Shown here: positions 9,208 through 18,319 of the stretch, piece after piece
Layout of the letters: each line of letters begins with the position of its first letter
Numbering within the stretch: the first letter of the stretch is position 1
Assembly (NCBI GenBank): GCA_012965045.1
Contig: DTSZ01000001.1
Span: 220,937 to 284,936, forward strand
DNA length: 64,000 bases
Source of the DNA: Candidatus Saccharimonadota bacterium
GTDB lineage: Bacteria > Patescibacteriota > Saccharimonadia > Saccharimonadales > DTSZ01
Reading direction: 5' to 3'
Translations under genes and position numbers: made by a program
The notes under the pieces: model-generated
Told to the model about the DNA's origin: nothing
What the model saw: only the letters and a program-made list of their open reading frames with translations
Database searches by the model: none

Positions 9208-10257
9208 CTAAAAGGGGATGTCGTTTACGTCTACTATTTCAGGCTTTCTAAGTATTAGCCTTGATTTTGGGTCTATCTCATATTTCTTGATATATTCTTG
9301 CTTAATCTTCTCCCAGTTATCACCAAGCACATAATCATCTTTTAATGTTGTAATTACAAGTTCAGTTAATGAAATGTTTTGTTCAGAGATTAGCCTGTAC
9401 AACGCGTCGTTACTAAGTCTTAGGGTGGAGCGTTCCGTATGGCGTATATCGTAGATATCATTGTTTAGCGTTTTTGATATGTTAAGCATTGCATCTAAGT
9501 GTGATTTAAGCTGTGATAATTTTTTCTCATTTGTCGGGGACTTAAGCAGTTTTTTTGATAATCTTTCCAGAATGCTTTCGATTGCTTTTGTTTTTTTGTT
9601 CTTAATGAAATCTGAGAATATTATATTTAGTATTTCTGCGCTTGTTTTTGAGCTACCAACATAATCTCCAGCGTCGTACAAATCGTAATAAATACTGATT
9701 TTTTGCCTGAGATCATCATCTTTAAGTATTGATTTTAAGGTTTTTAGAGTTTCGCCACTTTTTTTTGTAATTAGGTGTTCGATAATTCTAAAGTTCGACG
9801 CTTCTTCTTCAAAAATTAGGTTGAACCGGTTTATTACATCTTGACGCTTATCCTTCTGTGAGAACAGGATTGTTATTTCAGCCATGTCAAATAAATGATA
9901 ATCATCAAAGTATTCATATTTATCGTCTTCTGGGCCTGTAGACTTAACTTGGTGTTTAATAATCTTGAAATCATCAAACTGGAACGAGTCAGACATCTTA
10001 TATCCTAGTTCAGATAAAGAGAAACTATCAACTTTATTTGTGTCAAAGTAGATTTTTCCCTTTTTTTCATTTTCAAAAAGTATAAACCACTCAAGATAGT
10101 TATTGCTTGAGCTCAAATAACTAATTTCTGCAGCAATTCGGTTTCTAGTTTCGGCGTCTATTATCTCCCTTCGCCGTGCTCTAAACCTGCTGTACCTCAG
10201 CTCATTTACGAATGAACTATTTCTGTCTTGACGATTGCGCTTCGAAAATAATTTCAT
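9208..10257 (-). CDS. hypothetical protein embedded in the hsd operon (weak AbiJ N-terminal-domain-like opening)
   Basis: 349 aa, Lys/Asp/Ile-rich and AT-rich. The N-terminus MKLFSKRN...ETRNRIAAEI resembles the M..FS.R...LRNrlWn opening of AbiJ-NTD-type proteins. No catalytic motif recognised. Zero-nt gap to hsdS and ATGA overlap with the upstream gene. Confidence 0.6.
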   Translation of the reverse strand: MKLFSKRNRQDRNSSFVNELRYSRFRARRREIIDAETRNRIAAEISYLSSSNNYLEWFILFENEKKGKIYFDTNKVDSFSLSELGYKMSDSFQFDDFKIIKHQVKSTGPEDDKYEYFDDYHLFDMAEITILFSQKDKRQDVINRFNLIFEEEASNFRIIEHLITKKSGETLKTLKSILKDDDLRQKISIYYDLYDAGDYVGSSKTSAEILNIIFSDFIKNKKTKAIESILERLSKKLLKSPTNEKKLSQLKSHLDAMLNISKTLNNDIYDIRHTERSTLRLSNDALYRLISEQNISLTELVITTLKDDYVLGDNWEKIKQEYIKKYEIDPKSRLILRKPEIVDVNDIPF

Positions 10258-11090
10258 CTCTCGCCCTTTCGCATAACTTCGTCCATGCTTTGACCAGAGC
10301 TGTTCTTCCAGGTTGTCCAGGCATTTATGCTACGACCTGTCACAAAGTGCCCTGCAAGATTGGGCGACTTGAATGAAACATTGTCATTCAGTAGAGTGAT
10401 ATCACTTTGCGGGGTGCCATGTTTTGTAAGTAGTCTATTACGCTCTGTGAGTCTTTCGGGCCTACGCTGACGCCAGCTAGGTGCTACAGAATTATCAATC
10501 ATAGAGCCGGCTAATACTACGAATTTATCACCCCTAAACTGCGCTTTGGCTAGTGTTTTTTTGCTTTTTGCGTGCCAAATTGTCTCTTCTTGGTCGCTGC
10601 GCGAACTAAATATACTAAAACCTATAGATTCTGCAACTAGTGCAATGTCTTCTAGGATTGTTTCCATACTGTGAATTTTAAACTCGTGTATGTTGTTGCG
10701 TGCTGGAATAGTTTTATTTAAAACTTCCATAGCTGCCGTAGCTTGGGCTTTTTCTACGGCTAAAGATTCTAGATACTTTACGTCTGTTTTGCCTAAAGTA
10801 TTTGCACTAGATACAATTGCAACTGCCGTGTCCCAAAAATCTTTAGATTGGTCATGGTTTTTTATACGGTGAAAAAAGTTTTCGCTTTCGCCGATGTATA
10901 TTTGGTTATCGCCAGAATTAATAAGCAAGTATAGTGCTGGCTGCTTTAACTCTTTGCGGTCTTTTATATGATTTACTTTAATGCGTGGAACAACAAATGC
11001 TTTTATAGAGCTTTCGGACAGCTCTATAACCCGAACACCTTCTAGTGTTCCGTCTGGCAGATAGGTTTGAATTAGCCTAGGGTTATTCAT
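10254..11090 (-). CDS. GIY-YIG nuclease-domain protein with DUF4357-like C-terminus
   Basis: ALYLLINSGDNQIYIGESENFFHRIKNH...KDFWDTAVAIVS...VKYLESLAVEKA (GIY-YIG core). C-terminal FKSPNLAGHFVTGRSINAWTTWKN (DUF4357 pattern). Confidence 0.8.
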   Translation of the reverse strand: MNNPRLIQTYLPDGTLEGVRVIELSESSIKAFVVPRIKVNHIKDRKELKQPALYLLINSGDNQIYIGESENFFHRIKNHDQSKDFWDTAVAIVSSANTLGKTDVKYLESLAVEKAQATAAMEVLNKTIPARNNIHEFKIHSMETILEDIALVAESIGFSIFSSRSDQEETIWHAKSKKTLAKAQFRGDKFVVLAGSMIDNSVAPSWRQRRPERLTERNRLLTKHGTPQSDITLLNDNVSFKSPNLAGHFVTGRSINAWTTWKNSSGQSMDEVMRKGER

Positions 11091-11093
11091 AGT

Positions 11094-12653
11094 CTAAAAT
11101 GGCGCCTCGATACCGAGCTCCTTGCAATAGGCTGCAATTTTTTTATCTATCTCGCTCATATTGACATCTATCTTTTTTATTTCTGCCGTAACTTCTTTGA
11201 GGTCTATAGGCTCTTCTTCCTCGAAAGTGTCGACGTAGCGTGGAATGTTTAGGTTGTAATCGTTTTCTGCTATTTCACTTAGCTTGGCTACATGGCTGTA
11301 TTTGTCTTCTGATTTGCGGTCTTTATAAGTCTGCAAAATTTTGGAAATATCTTCTGGGCGTAGTTTGTTTTGGTTCTTGCCCTTTACGAAGTGTTGACTG
11401 GCATCTATAAATAAAACATCTTCTGGGTTTTCGCGGCACTTTTTAAAGATTAGAATGCAGGCAGGAATACTTGTGCCAAAAAAGAGGTTACTAGGCAGAC
11501 CAATAACAGCGTCTAAGTAGTTCTTTTCTTTTATAAGGTATTCGCGTATGTGGCCTTCTGCTGCTCCACGGAACAGGACACCATGTGGCATAACTACTGC
11601 CATAGTGCCGTTTTCGTCTAGCTGGTAAATCATATGCTGTATAAATGCATAGTCTGCCTTTGATTTAGGCGCTAACTTGCCGTACTGGCTGAAACGGTCA
11701 TCTTGAAGGTGTAGTGGGTTTGCAGACCATTTTGCACTAAATGGCGGATTGGCAACAACTGCCTCAAAGCGCATTTCTGCATGCTGAGGATGCTCTAAAG
11801 TGTCTTCTTGTTTTATGTTAAATCTGTCAAAACGGACATCGTGCAGAATCATGTTCATGCGAGCAAGGTTATAGGTAGTGTTGTTTAGCTCTTGCCCGTA
11901 GTAATTGCTAACTTCCTCTACTTGTCGGGCTACACGCAATAGTAGTGAGCCCGAGCCACACGTGGGGTCGTATACACTTTTTAGCTTTTTCTTACCGTTT
12001 GTAACTATTTGAGCCAAAATTTCCGATACCTCTTGAGGGGTATAAAATTCACCGGCTTTTTTGCCTGCTCCTGCAGCGAACTGGCTTATAAGGTATTCGT
12101 ACGCATCGCCCAATATATCTACTTTGGAATCTTCTAGGCGAAAATCAATCTTGTCTAGATGTAATAGGACTTTTGAAATAAGCTTTCCGCGGTCTACTAC
12201 AGTTTTACCTAATTTGCTTTGGTTTAGATCTAGCTCACTAAATAGCTGCTCAAAGTCTTCTTCGCTGTCTGTCCCCATGGTGCTATTTTCGATGTTGTTA
12301 AGTATGCGTTCCAAAATTTCTATAAGATCTTCTGGGTTAGTGCTGCCTTTTAAAGCAACGTGGTGAAAGAGATCTTTGGGCCTTAGGAAGTAACCAAGGT
12401 TTTCAACGGCATGCTCTTGAATGGCTACTACATACTCTTCGCCGCTATTAGTTGATTCATCAATATCTGTATATTTAATGCCATCCGCTTTTAATAGATC
12501 GTCTGCGTACAGCTCTATTTTTTCCGATAAATATTTGTAGAAAATAAAGCCTAGTATGTAGTCGCGGAACTGACTAGCATCCATGTTGCCGCGTAGGTCA
12601 TTTGCTATATTCCAAAGCTGCTTCTGTAATTCTTTTTTTTGATCTTCTGACAT
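11094..12653 (-). CDS. hsdM: Type I restriction enzyme M subunit (N6-adenine DNA methyltransferase)
   Basis: GEFYTPQEVSEIL, VYDPTCGSGSLLL (SAM motif I), VVANPPFS (motif IV NPPF). HsdM N-terminal helical domain. Confidence 0.95.
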   Translation of the reverse strand: MSEDQKKELQKQLWNIANDLRGNMDASQFRDYILGFIFYKYLSEKIELYADDLLKADGIKYTDIDESTNSGEEYVVAIQEHAVENLGYFLRPKDLFHHVALKGSTNPEDLIEILERILNNIENSTMGTDSEEDFEQLFSELDLNQSKLGKTVVDRGKLISKVLLHLDKIDFRLEDSKVDILGDAYEYLISQFAAGAGKKAGEFYTPQEVSEILAQIVTNGKKKLKSVYDPTCGSGSLLLRVARQVEEVSNYYGQELNNTTYNLARMNMILHDVRFDRFNIKQEDTLEHPQHAEMRFEAVVANPPFSAKWSANPLHLQDDRFSQYGKLAPKSKADYAFIQHMIYQLDENGTMAVVMPHGVLFRGAAEGHIREYLIKEKNYLDAVIGLPSNLFFGTSIPACILIFKKCRENPEDVLFIDASQHFVKGKNQNKLRPEDISKILQTYKDRKSEDKYSHVAKLSEIAENDYNLNIPRYVDTFEEEEPIDLKEVTAEIKKIDVNMSEIDKKIAAYCKELGIEAPF

Positions 12654-12773
12654 TTAGCCTCACTATCTGTTGATATTCTATCAAATTTAGTTGTACGGCG
12701 GCACTAGTAACGATTTGACTTAAAAAGTTATGAAATCCTTACACTAAGCCCAGAGCAAAACCCACACTATTCC

Positions 12774-13259
12774 CTACTTTTCTTTCGCCAACTCATTCTC
12801 AGTCACATCTGTCACCAGCGCCAAGTAAAGGATTCTGTAATTATAAATAACGTCGTGTTCTTTTATTAATACTGAGTACGCAAAAAATACAATATGGTAG
12901 ATGACAATCCCTAGTAGATAGTACGGATAGTATTTAAAAAATATTAATCCCGGCAATAGCCCATAGTAGACATATAAATATGTCACTAACTTAGTGAAAC
13001 TGTTCCAGTAGCTGGTAAATTTTTCTTGAGCAAATGGTTTAACTAATTGGTGCCGGTACAAGTGGTCTGCATAAGTAATGGTATATTTATTTTCTAGCCT
13101 TATAACTTCGTAAAAAGGTTCGTTTTGATGAAGGTCGAAAATTTCTTCGTATCTGTTGCGGTAGTTAAAGTGATAAAAAAGTATTAAAAAATAATGCCCC
13201 GCTCGCTTGGCAAGAAAATACGAAACTGCCAAGCCAGAAACGAACGCAACATACTCCAT
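12774..13259 (-). CDS. hypothetical membrane protein
   Basis: 161 aa, Tyr/Phe-rich, with several hydrophobic segments. No motif recognised. Confidence 0.5.
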   Translation of the reverse strand: MEYVAFVSGLAVSYFLAKRAGHYFLILFYHFNYRNRYEEIFDLHQNEPFYEVIRLENKYTITYADHLYRHQLVKPFAQEKFTSYWNSFTKLVTYLYVYYGLLPGLIFFKYYPYYLLGIVIYHIVFFAYSVLIKEHDVIYNYRILYLALVTDVTENELAKEK

Positions 13260-13354
13260 AGTTTAGTATTTTATCACCCAGACCTTATATAAAGGATGAT
13301 GCTAAAATAAAGCCATGGACGTCTACCTATTTAAAGATATAAAGGATTAAACTT

Positions 13355-13726
13355 GTGGAGACGGTAGCGTGGGTGCTTTGCACATTACTTATAGTTCAGA
13401 TAGTGTTTCAAGCCATGCTTGCTAGTGGAGCTCGCTTGGGCCATATTGCCTACGGCGGCAAACACAAAGGCACATTACCAAACAAGCTGCGCCTAATAAG
13501 TGCTGTTGCTGTGGTATTTTATGTTTTCTTTTTTAGCGTTGCGTTAACATATGCAACGGAAATGGTTATTTATCCGCAGCGACTTAACGGTGTAGTGCTG
13601 TGGGTAATGAGCGTATTTTTTGGACTTGGAATACTTGCTAATGCTGCTTCGCCCAGTAAGCCTGAACGATGGTGGGCGCTATACGCACTTGCAGCTTTTG
13701 TTTGCACGGTAGCTCTTTTGACCTAG
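13355..13726 (+). CDS. hypothetical membrane protein
   Basis: 123 aa with about 4 hydrophobic helices. Confidence 0.55.
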   Translation: METVAWVLCTLLIVQIVFQAMLASGARLGHIAYGGKHKGTLPNKLRLISAVAVVFYVFFFSVALTYATEMVIYPQRLNGVVLWVMSVFFGLGILANAASPSKPERWWALYALAAFVCTVALLT

Positions 13727-13889
13727 TTGGCTGTTTTCGATTATTACTTTTAAGTTGTATTTATTGGTTCTGTCCTTGATGACTGCCACCCCAAGGGCTT
13801 AGGTGTGAAATTGCCTACATCTTAGGAGTTATGCTAAAAACAGGTTATAATCTTTGATAATCCATTAAGTAAGCGAGGGAGAAGCAAAA

Positions 13890-14081
13890 ATGGTCACAGG
13901 ATACTGTGTTAAATGTAAAGAAAAAGGTGTTGAACTAACTGCACCAGAAGTTACAAAAACTGCTAAAGGTGGTTTCATGGCTAAAGGTAAGCACGCAAAG
14001 TGTGGCACTACCGTTTGTGCAATGATGTCAAAAGACAACGCTGAAAAAGCAGTCGCTGACGGAGCAACAAAGAGCTACTAA
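13890..14081 (+). CDS. small zinc-ribbon protein (DUF5679-like)
   Basis: 63 aa. CVKC ... CGTTVC Cys pairs. SD-like GAGGGAG upstream. Strong terminator immediately downstream. Confidence 0.6.
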   Translation: MVTGYCVKCKEKGVELTAPEVTKTAKGGFMAKGKHAKCGTTVCAMMSKDNAEKAVADGATKSY

Positions 14082-14105
14082 CATAACCTAATTGTAGCTA
14101 GAAAA

Positions 14106-14134
14106 TTAAAAAAAGCCCGTTTAGGGCTTTTTTT
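14106..14134. terminator. bidirectional rho-independent terminator
   Basis: AAAAAAAGCCC-GTTTA-GGGCTTTTTTT: GC stem 14115-14118/14124-14127, flanked by an A-run and a T-run. Confidence 0.75.
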
Positions 14135-14290
14135 GGTTTAAATACTCTTAATTCTTACCCAATGAAGATATGTGGCGGTGGTTTAGCTATTGTAGCCTTG
14201 ATTCGCTTTGTCTGTTGGCAGGTCAACAAGTCCTGTTCTGGCTGCGATGTACAGATCAGCGGCTTCACTGCCTACAATGCAAGGGCGAGC

Positions 14291-14569
14291 TTAAAGCAAG
14301 AATAACGCAGCTAAACCAACCCCTAAGCTATTGAACGCCAAGTCGGAAACTATGTTGATCCAGCCTTCGTGGCCGAATAATATACCGAATTTTCCAGCGA
14401 TTGGCGATATGACAAAAATTTCGAGTGGCTCCCAGGCGAACGTCATACAAAGGGCAATAAACGGCGTGTAGATATAGGCTAAGGCTGCCGAAGTAAGAAG
14501 ATGTACAAAACTCCAGATGTCTATTAACGAATTATTTCTTTTATTGTTTGATTTTGGGTTAGCGTGCAT
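14291..14569 (-). CDS. hypothetical membrane protein
   Basis: 92 aa, 3 hydrophobic segments. Confidence 0.5.
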   Translation of the reverse strand: MHANPKSNNKRNNSLIDIWSFVHLLTSAALAYIYTPFIALCMTFAWEPLEIFVISPIAGKFGILFGHEGWINIVSDLAFNSLGVGLAALFLL

Positions 14570-14674
14570 ATGCTTAAGATTAGCAGTTTAGCGAGGTAAC
14601 GCAAAAATCAATCACGACCGTATGGCGTTGATACAGCAGCGGCTTTGCCGCCGATACTAATTAAAAAACAAAAA

Positions 14675-14902
14675 CTACTGTTCCATTAAGAGCAGGTCCT
14701 GTGCGTCGGCTTGTGAACTGAGCTGTCGCATTTCCCATTTTAAAAATGCAATGAGCAGTATGGTGAACAGTAATGCGCCCACTACAAAGCCTAAGACGGC
14801 CTGAGAAAATAAGGCGTGTGCGATAAACATTGTGCTAAGGGGGATCCCGATAGCAAACATTTCGATTACGAAGTTGTTGTTATTGTTGTAGTGCGTATCC
14901 AT
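14675..14902 (-). CDS. hypothetical small membrane protein
   Basis: 75 aa, two hydrophobic helices. The start lies 1 nt from the stop of the upstream ORF. Confidence 0.45.
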   Translation of the reverse strand: MDTHYNNNNNFVIEMFAIGIPLSTMFIAHALFSQAVLGFVVGALLFTILLIAFLKWEMRQLSSQADAQDLLLMEQ

Positions 14903-14903
14903 T

Positions 14904-15305
14904 TTAAGCTACCCCCGTTGCTAAATTATATTGCGCATCAACCATTTGCCTAAAAGAGTGGTGAGCTGTTTCTACAAGTTCTTTAGTAGGAATAATTCGG
15001 CTGCGTTTTTTGACTTTATTCGGCAAGCCAGTTAGCAGCAAGAACCCCTGCCATGAGTCCATGCCGGTTTGTAGCTCTAAGTGTTGTAGATCCACCAGTT
15101 CTGGTTCGTCTTGAATGTCGTAGAGCTTAAAGTTGCCTGTGCTGAGCGTGGCATATGGAGTTTTTTGTTCGGATAGAAAGCTAAGAATATCGCCAACGCC
15201 GGGCATGAGTATCCAAGCATAGGATTGGTCATTGAGCGTTAGGATTTTTGTGTGATTTTTCGACTCCCCTAACACGTAGGAGCCGCTATCGATTTGATTA
15301 ATCAT
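14904..15305 (-). CDS. hypothetical protein
   Basis: ATG at 15305 is preceded by AGGAGG (SD); the track start at 15344 lacks one. No motif recognised. Confidence 0.55.
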   Translation of the reverse strand: MINQIDSGSYVLGESKNHTKILTLNDQSYAWILMPGVGDILSFLSEQKTPYATLSTGNFKLYDIQDEPELVDLQHLELQTGMDSWQGFLLLTGLPNKVKKRSRIIPTKELVETAHHSFRQMVDAQYNLATGVA

Positions 15306-15431
15306 GTTCGGTCCTCCTTTTATTAACCACCTATAGTATTTCACTACTGTACGGTTGAGTCGTTGATTCAGATCAATTTATATCCACCTTACCGCCGTAT
15401 ACTAGTTGATAGTTTGATTGAAAGGACGAAT

Positions 15432-15911
15432 ATGGCGGCAACAACCGACGTACAGGGAGAGACAGCAAGCAACATTTTAAAAGAACTTCGATCAGAAGAC
15501 GTAATGACGCTGTGCACGATGAATTTAAATCTCAGGCCGCATTTGAGTGTAGTGTACTACTCTGTGTCGGACGCATTTGAGTTGTTTTTTATAACAAAAG
15601 TAAAAACCAACAAGCATAAACACCTGCAAATTAATCCGAATGTTACAGCGCTGGTATACGAAGAAAAACGTCAATTGTCGATTCAAATTACGGGGACGGC
15701 TCACGCTGAAGAACCCAGCGATGAAACGCATGACATGCTTGAGAAGGTGTTTGAAAAAGCCAGCAAACACAATTTTAATGCACCGCCGATTGCAAAACTG
15801 TGGGCTGGCGGATTTGTGATGTATAAAATCAAGCCCAGCACAATTACTATGGCCTTGTTTACGCGGCCACAAGCTGGTGGCTACGATATGTTCGAAGCAA
15901 TTAACTTTTAA
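15432..15911 (+). CDS. pyridoxamine 5'-phosphate oxidase-family (FMN-binding split-barrel) protein
   Basis: MTLCTMN..RPHLSVVYY...LFFITKVKTNKHKHLQINPNV pattern of the PNPOx-like/general stress protein 26 family. ATG at 15432 follows AAAGGA; the track TTG start at 15363 is less likely. Confidence 0.6.
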   Translation: MAATTDVQGETASNILKELRSEDVMTLCTMNLNLRPHLSVVYYSVSDAFELFFITKVKTNKHKHLQINPNVTALVYEEKRQLSIQITGTAHAEEPSDETHDMLEKVFEKASKHNFNAPPIAKLWAGGFVMYKIKPSTITMALFTRPQAGGYDMFEAINF

Positions 15912-16559
15912 TTAGAATTGTTCCAGTTGGTCTTCAAGCTTTTTTAAACTTTGTATAGTTATGCCCTCTGACGATACAGACACCAGGTTTTGTTTTTTTA
16001 ACTTTTGCATTTCGCGGCTAACAGTTTCTTTAGTTAAGCCGCAGTAGGTGGCAATTTGATACTCTTTGATTGGCAATAGGATTGTATCGCTGTCGGCATG
16101 TTGCCGGTGGGCTTGTGTTATTAATTCGTTTACTAAAATACTAAAAGCGTTGCTGCTCATAACGTGCACTAACCGACCCAAGACGCCATTTAAGCCGGAG
16201 AAAACTCGTTGTAACAGGTCAAACATAACTGCAGGGTTAGTTTTAATGAAGTCGGCAATATCGTCAGCTGGAGCTGCTTGTAGTTTGGTCGGTACGGTTG
16301 TTTCAAAAAAGAAGGTGTTTTCGGCAGTTGTTAAAATGTAGGACATAGGTAAAAATGCTGATGGTTTAAAAATGTTAACCACAACTTCGTTGCCTTTTGG
16401 ATCTATAAAATATTGCCGCACTTCTCCGTGCTCGATGTAGTAACAGTAGTCAGGGCGCTTGTGTGGGTGTAGCAAGATATGTTTTGCGTCAAAAGAACGT
16501 GCCGGGAACTGAGAAAAAAACTGACGAACTGTGTGTTTGACGTCGGGTGCGTCAGCCAC
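15912..16559 (-). CDS. Crp/Fnr-family transcriptional regulator
   Basis: N-terminal cNMP-binding-like beta-barrel. C-terminal HTH IATYCGLTKETVSREMQKLKKQNLV. Confidence 0.8.
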   Translation of the reverse strand: MADAPDVKHTVRQFFSQFPARSFDAKHILLHPHKRPDYCYYIEHGEVRQYFIDPKGNEVVVNIFKPSAFLPMSYILTTAENTFFFETTVPTKLQAAPADDIADFIKTNPAVMFDLLQRVFSGLNGVLGRLVHVMSSNAFSILVNELITQAHRQHADSDTILLPIKEYQIATYCGLTKETVSREMQKLKKQNLVSVSSEGITIQSLKKLEDQLEQF

Positions 16560-16561
16560 GA

Positions 16562-17368
16562 CTAGCCGCGAGTTTTCTTTTTAAATAATATCGCTGATAG
16601 TGGAATCGCTACCGCAAGTAAGCCAATGCACCATGCAATCGATAGCCAGCCGTAGTTTCCTATAGGCGTACCAAGAATGAGCGCCCGGATTGCTTCAACA
16701 ACCTGTGTAATTGGCTGGTTTTCAGCAAATAGTTTTACTGCCGAGCTCATGTTTTCGGTCGGAACAAAGGTCGAGCTGGCAAACGTAATTGGGAAAATAA
16801 TTACAAAGGTTAGCCATTGAACCGCTTCAACGCTTTTTGCTAAGACACCCATTATTGCCGATAGCCACGACATAGTGAATGTAAACAAAATTAGAATACC
16901 TACAATCATTAACCACTGCACAAAATTGGCTTCGGGCCGGAAACCTATCGCGAGCCCTGTTAAAATCATGACTATTGTTGAGATTGAGTTTCTAAAGATG
17001 TCAGAAATAACATGACCGTTTAAAACAGCCAAATTGCCCATTGGCAAACTGCGAAACCGATCCATAACTCCTTTTTGAAGGTCATTAGTTATGGCAATAG
17101 CTGTTGTTGTCGAACCAAACGCTACTGTTTGTACGATTATTCCAGCCATTAAGAAGTCGATGTAGGTTACGCCGTCAGGCAAAGATTGTTCAATAGCGCC
17201 GCCGAAAACAGAGGCAAATAATGCCAAAAACATGATTGGCTGAAAAAACGCTCCCAGTAATTGGTCGATATTGCGCAAAATGTGACGCGAGCTGCGCTTT
17301 ATCATGATGAACGAGTCGATCAACATTAGGCTTACTTTAGATTTTTCGACATATTTGAGTTCGGCCAT
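16562..17368 (-). CDS. ABC-2 type transporter permease
   Basis: 268 aa, about 6 TM. DrrB-like organisation. 1-nt overlap with the ATPase gene. Confidence 0.8.
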   Translation of the reverse strand: MAELKYVEKSKVSLMLIDSFIMIKRSSRHILRNIDQLLGAFFQPIMFLALFASVFGGAIEQSLPDGVTYIDFLMAGIIVQTVAFGSTTTAIAITNDLQKGVMDRFRSLPMGNLAVLNGHVISDIFRNSISTIVMILTGLAIGFRPEANFVQWLMIVGILILFTFTMSWLSAIMGVLAKSVEAVQWLTFVIIFPITFASSTFVPTENMSSAVKLFAENQPITQVVEAIRALILGTPIGNYGWLSIAWCIGLLAVAIPLSAILFKKKTRG

Positions 17369-18300
17369 TAGTTGTCCCCTTTTGTTATAGACAAAAACAC
17401 GTCGTCGAGCGTTGGTTTGTGGATGTCGGTGGCCAGGATTGAAAGATTGGCTTTCTTAATTGCGTCTAGCACTTTTTGGATGTCGCTACCGTCGTTTTTA
17501 ATACCAACAGACACAGCCATATTAGGAGTATCATGGACGGCATTTTTACCAAGAACTTTTGTTGCTTTTTGAGCGTCGTCTATTGATTTAAAGGTCAAAA
17601 CAAACAAGTCTTTGCCGATTTTCTTTTTAAGATCTTTAGCGGTGCCTTCGGCTGCTACTTTGCCTTGGTCGATTAGTATTATATTGTCTGCCAGTTGGTC
17701 GGCTTCTTCAAGATACTGAGTAGTTAACAGTATGGTTGCACCAGATTTTTTAAGGTTATTAATGATGTCCCACATAACCAGCCGAGACCGTGGGTCAAGA
17801 CCAGTGGTTGGTTCGTCTAAAAACAGTATTGGCGGTGCGGCAATCAAGCTGACCGCTAGGTCGAGTCGTCGGCGCATGCCGCCGGAATAGGTTTTTGCAG
17901 GTCGGTCAGCAGCTTCTTCTAGGTCGAATTCGTCGAGGAGTTCTTTTGCCCTTTGTGAGGCACTGTCTTTTGTAAGGCGGTATAGCCGTCCCATCATAAT
18001 TAAATTTTCGCGGCCAGTTAGTAAGCCGTCTATAGAGGCCGATTGACCAGTTAAACCAATCTGTTCCCTAACAGAGTCAGCGTCACGTACAACATCGTTA
18101 CCGTTAACTGTTACGCTACCGCCGTCGCTGGAAACAAGCGTACTTAAAATTTTTACTGTAGTAGTTTTGCCAGCTCCGTTTGGGCCTAACAGGGCCAACA
18201 TTGTTCCCTTTTTTACCTCAAAAGAAATCCCATCCAGTACAAGATTGTCCCCATAGGATTTTTTAAGATTTTTTACTGATATAGAAACTTCGGCGCTCAT
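17368..18300 (-). CDS. ABC transporter ATP-binding protein (DrrA-like)
   Basis: Walker A GPNGAGKTT, signature YSGGMRRRL, Walker B ILFLDEPTTGLD. Confidence 0.9.
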   Translation of the reverse strand: MSAEVSISVKNLKKSYGDNLVLDGISFEVKKGTMLALLGPNGAGKTTTVKILSTLVSSDGGSVTVNGNDVVRDADSVREQIGLTGQSASIDGLLTGRENLIMMGRLYRLTKDSASQRAKELLDEFDLEEAADRPAKTYSGGMRRRLDLAVSLIAAPPILFLDEPTTGLDPRSRLVMWDIINNLKKSGATILLTTQYLEEADQLADNIILIDQGKVAAEGTAKDLKKKIGKDLFVLTFKSIDDAQKATKVLGKNAVHDTPNMAVSVGIKNDGSDIQKVLDAIKKANLSILATDIHKPTLDDVFLSITKGDN

Positions 18301-18319
18301 CGTTATGTAGTACTATACG

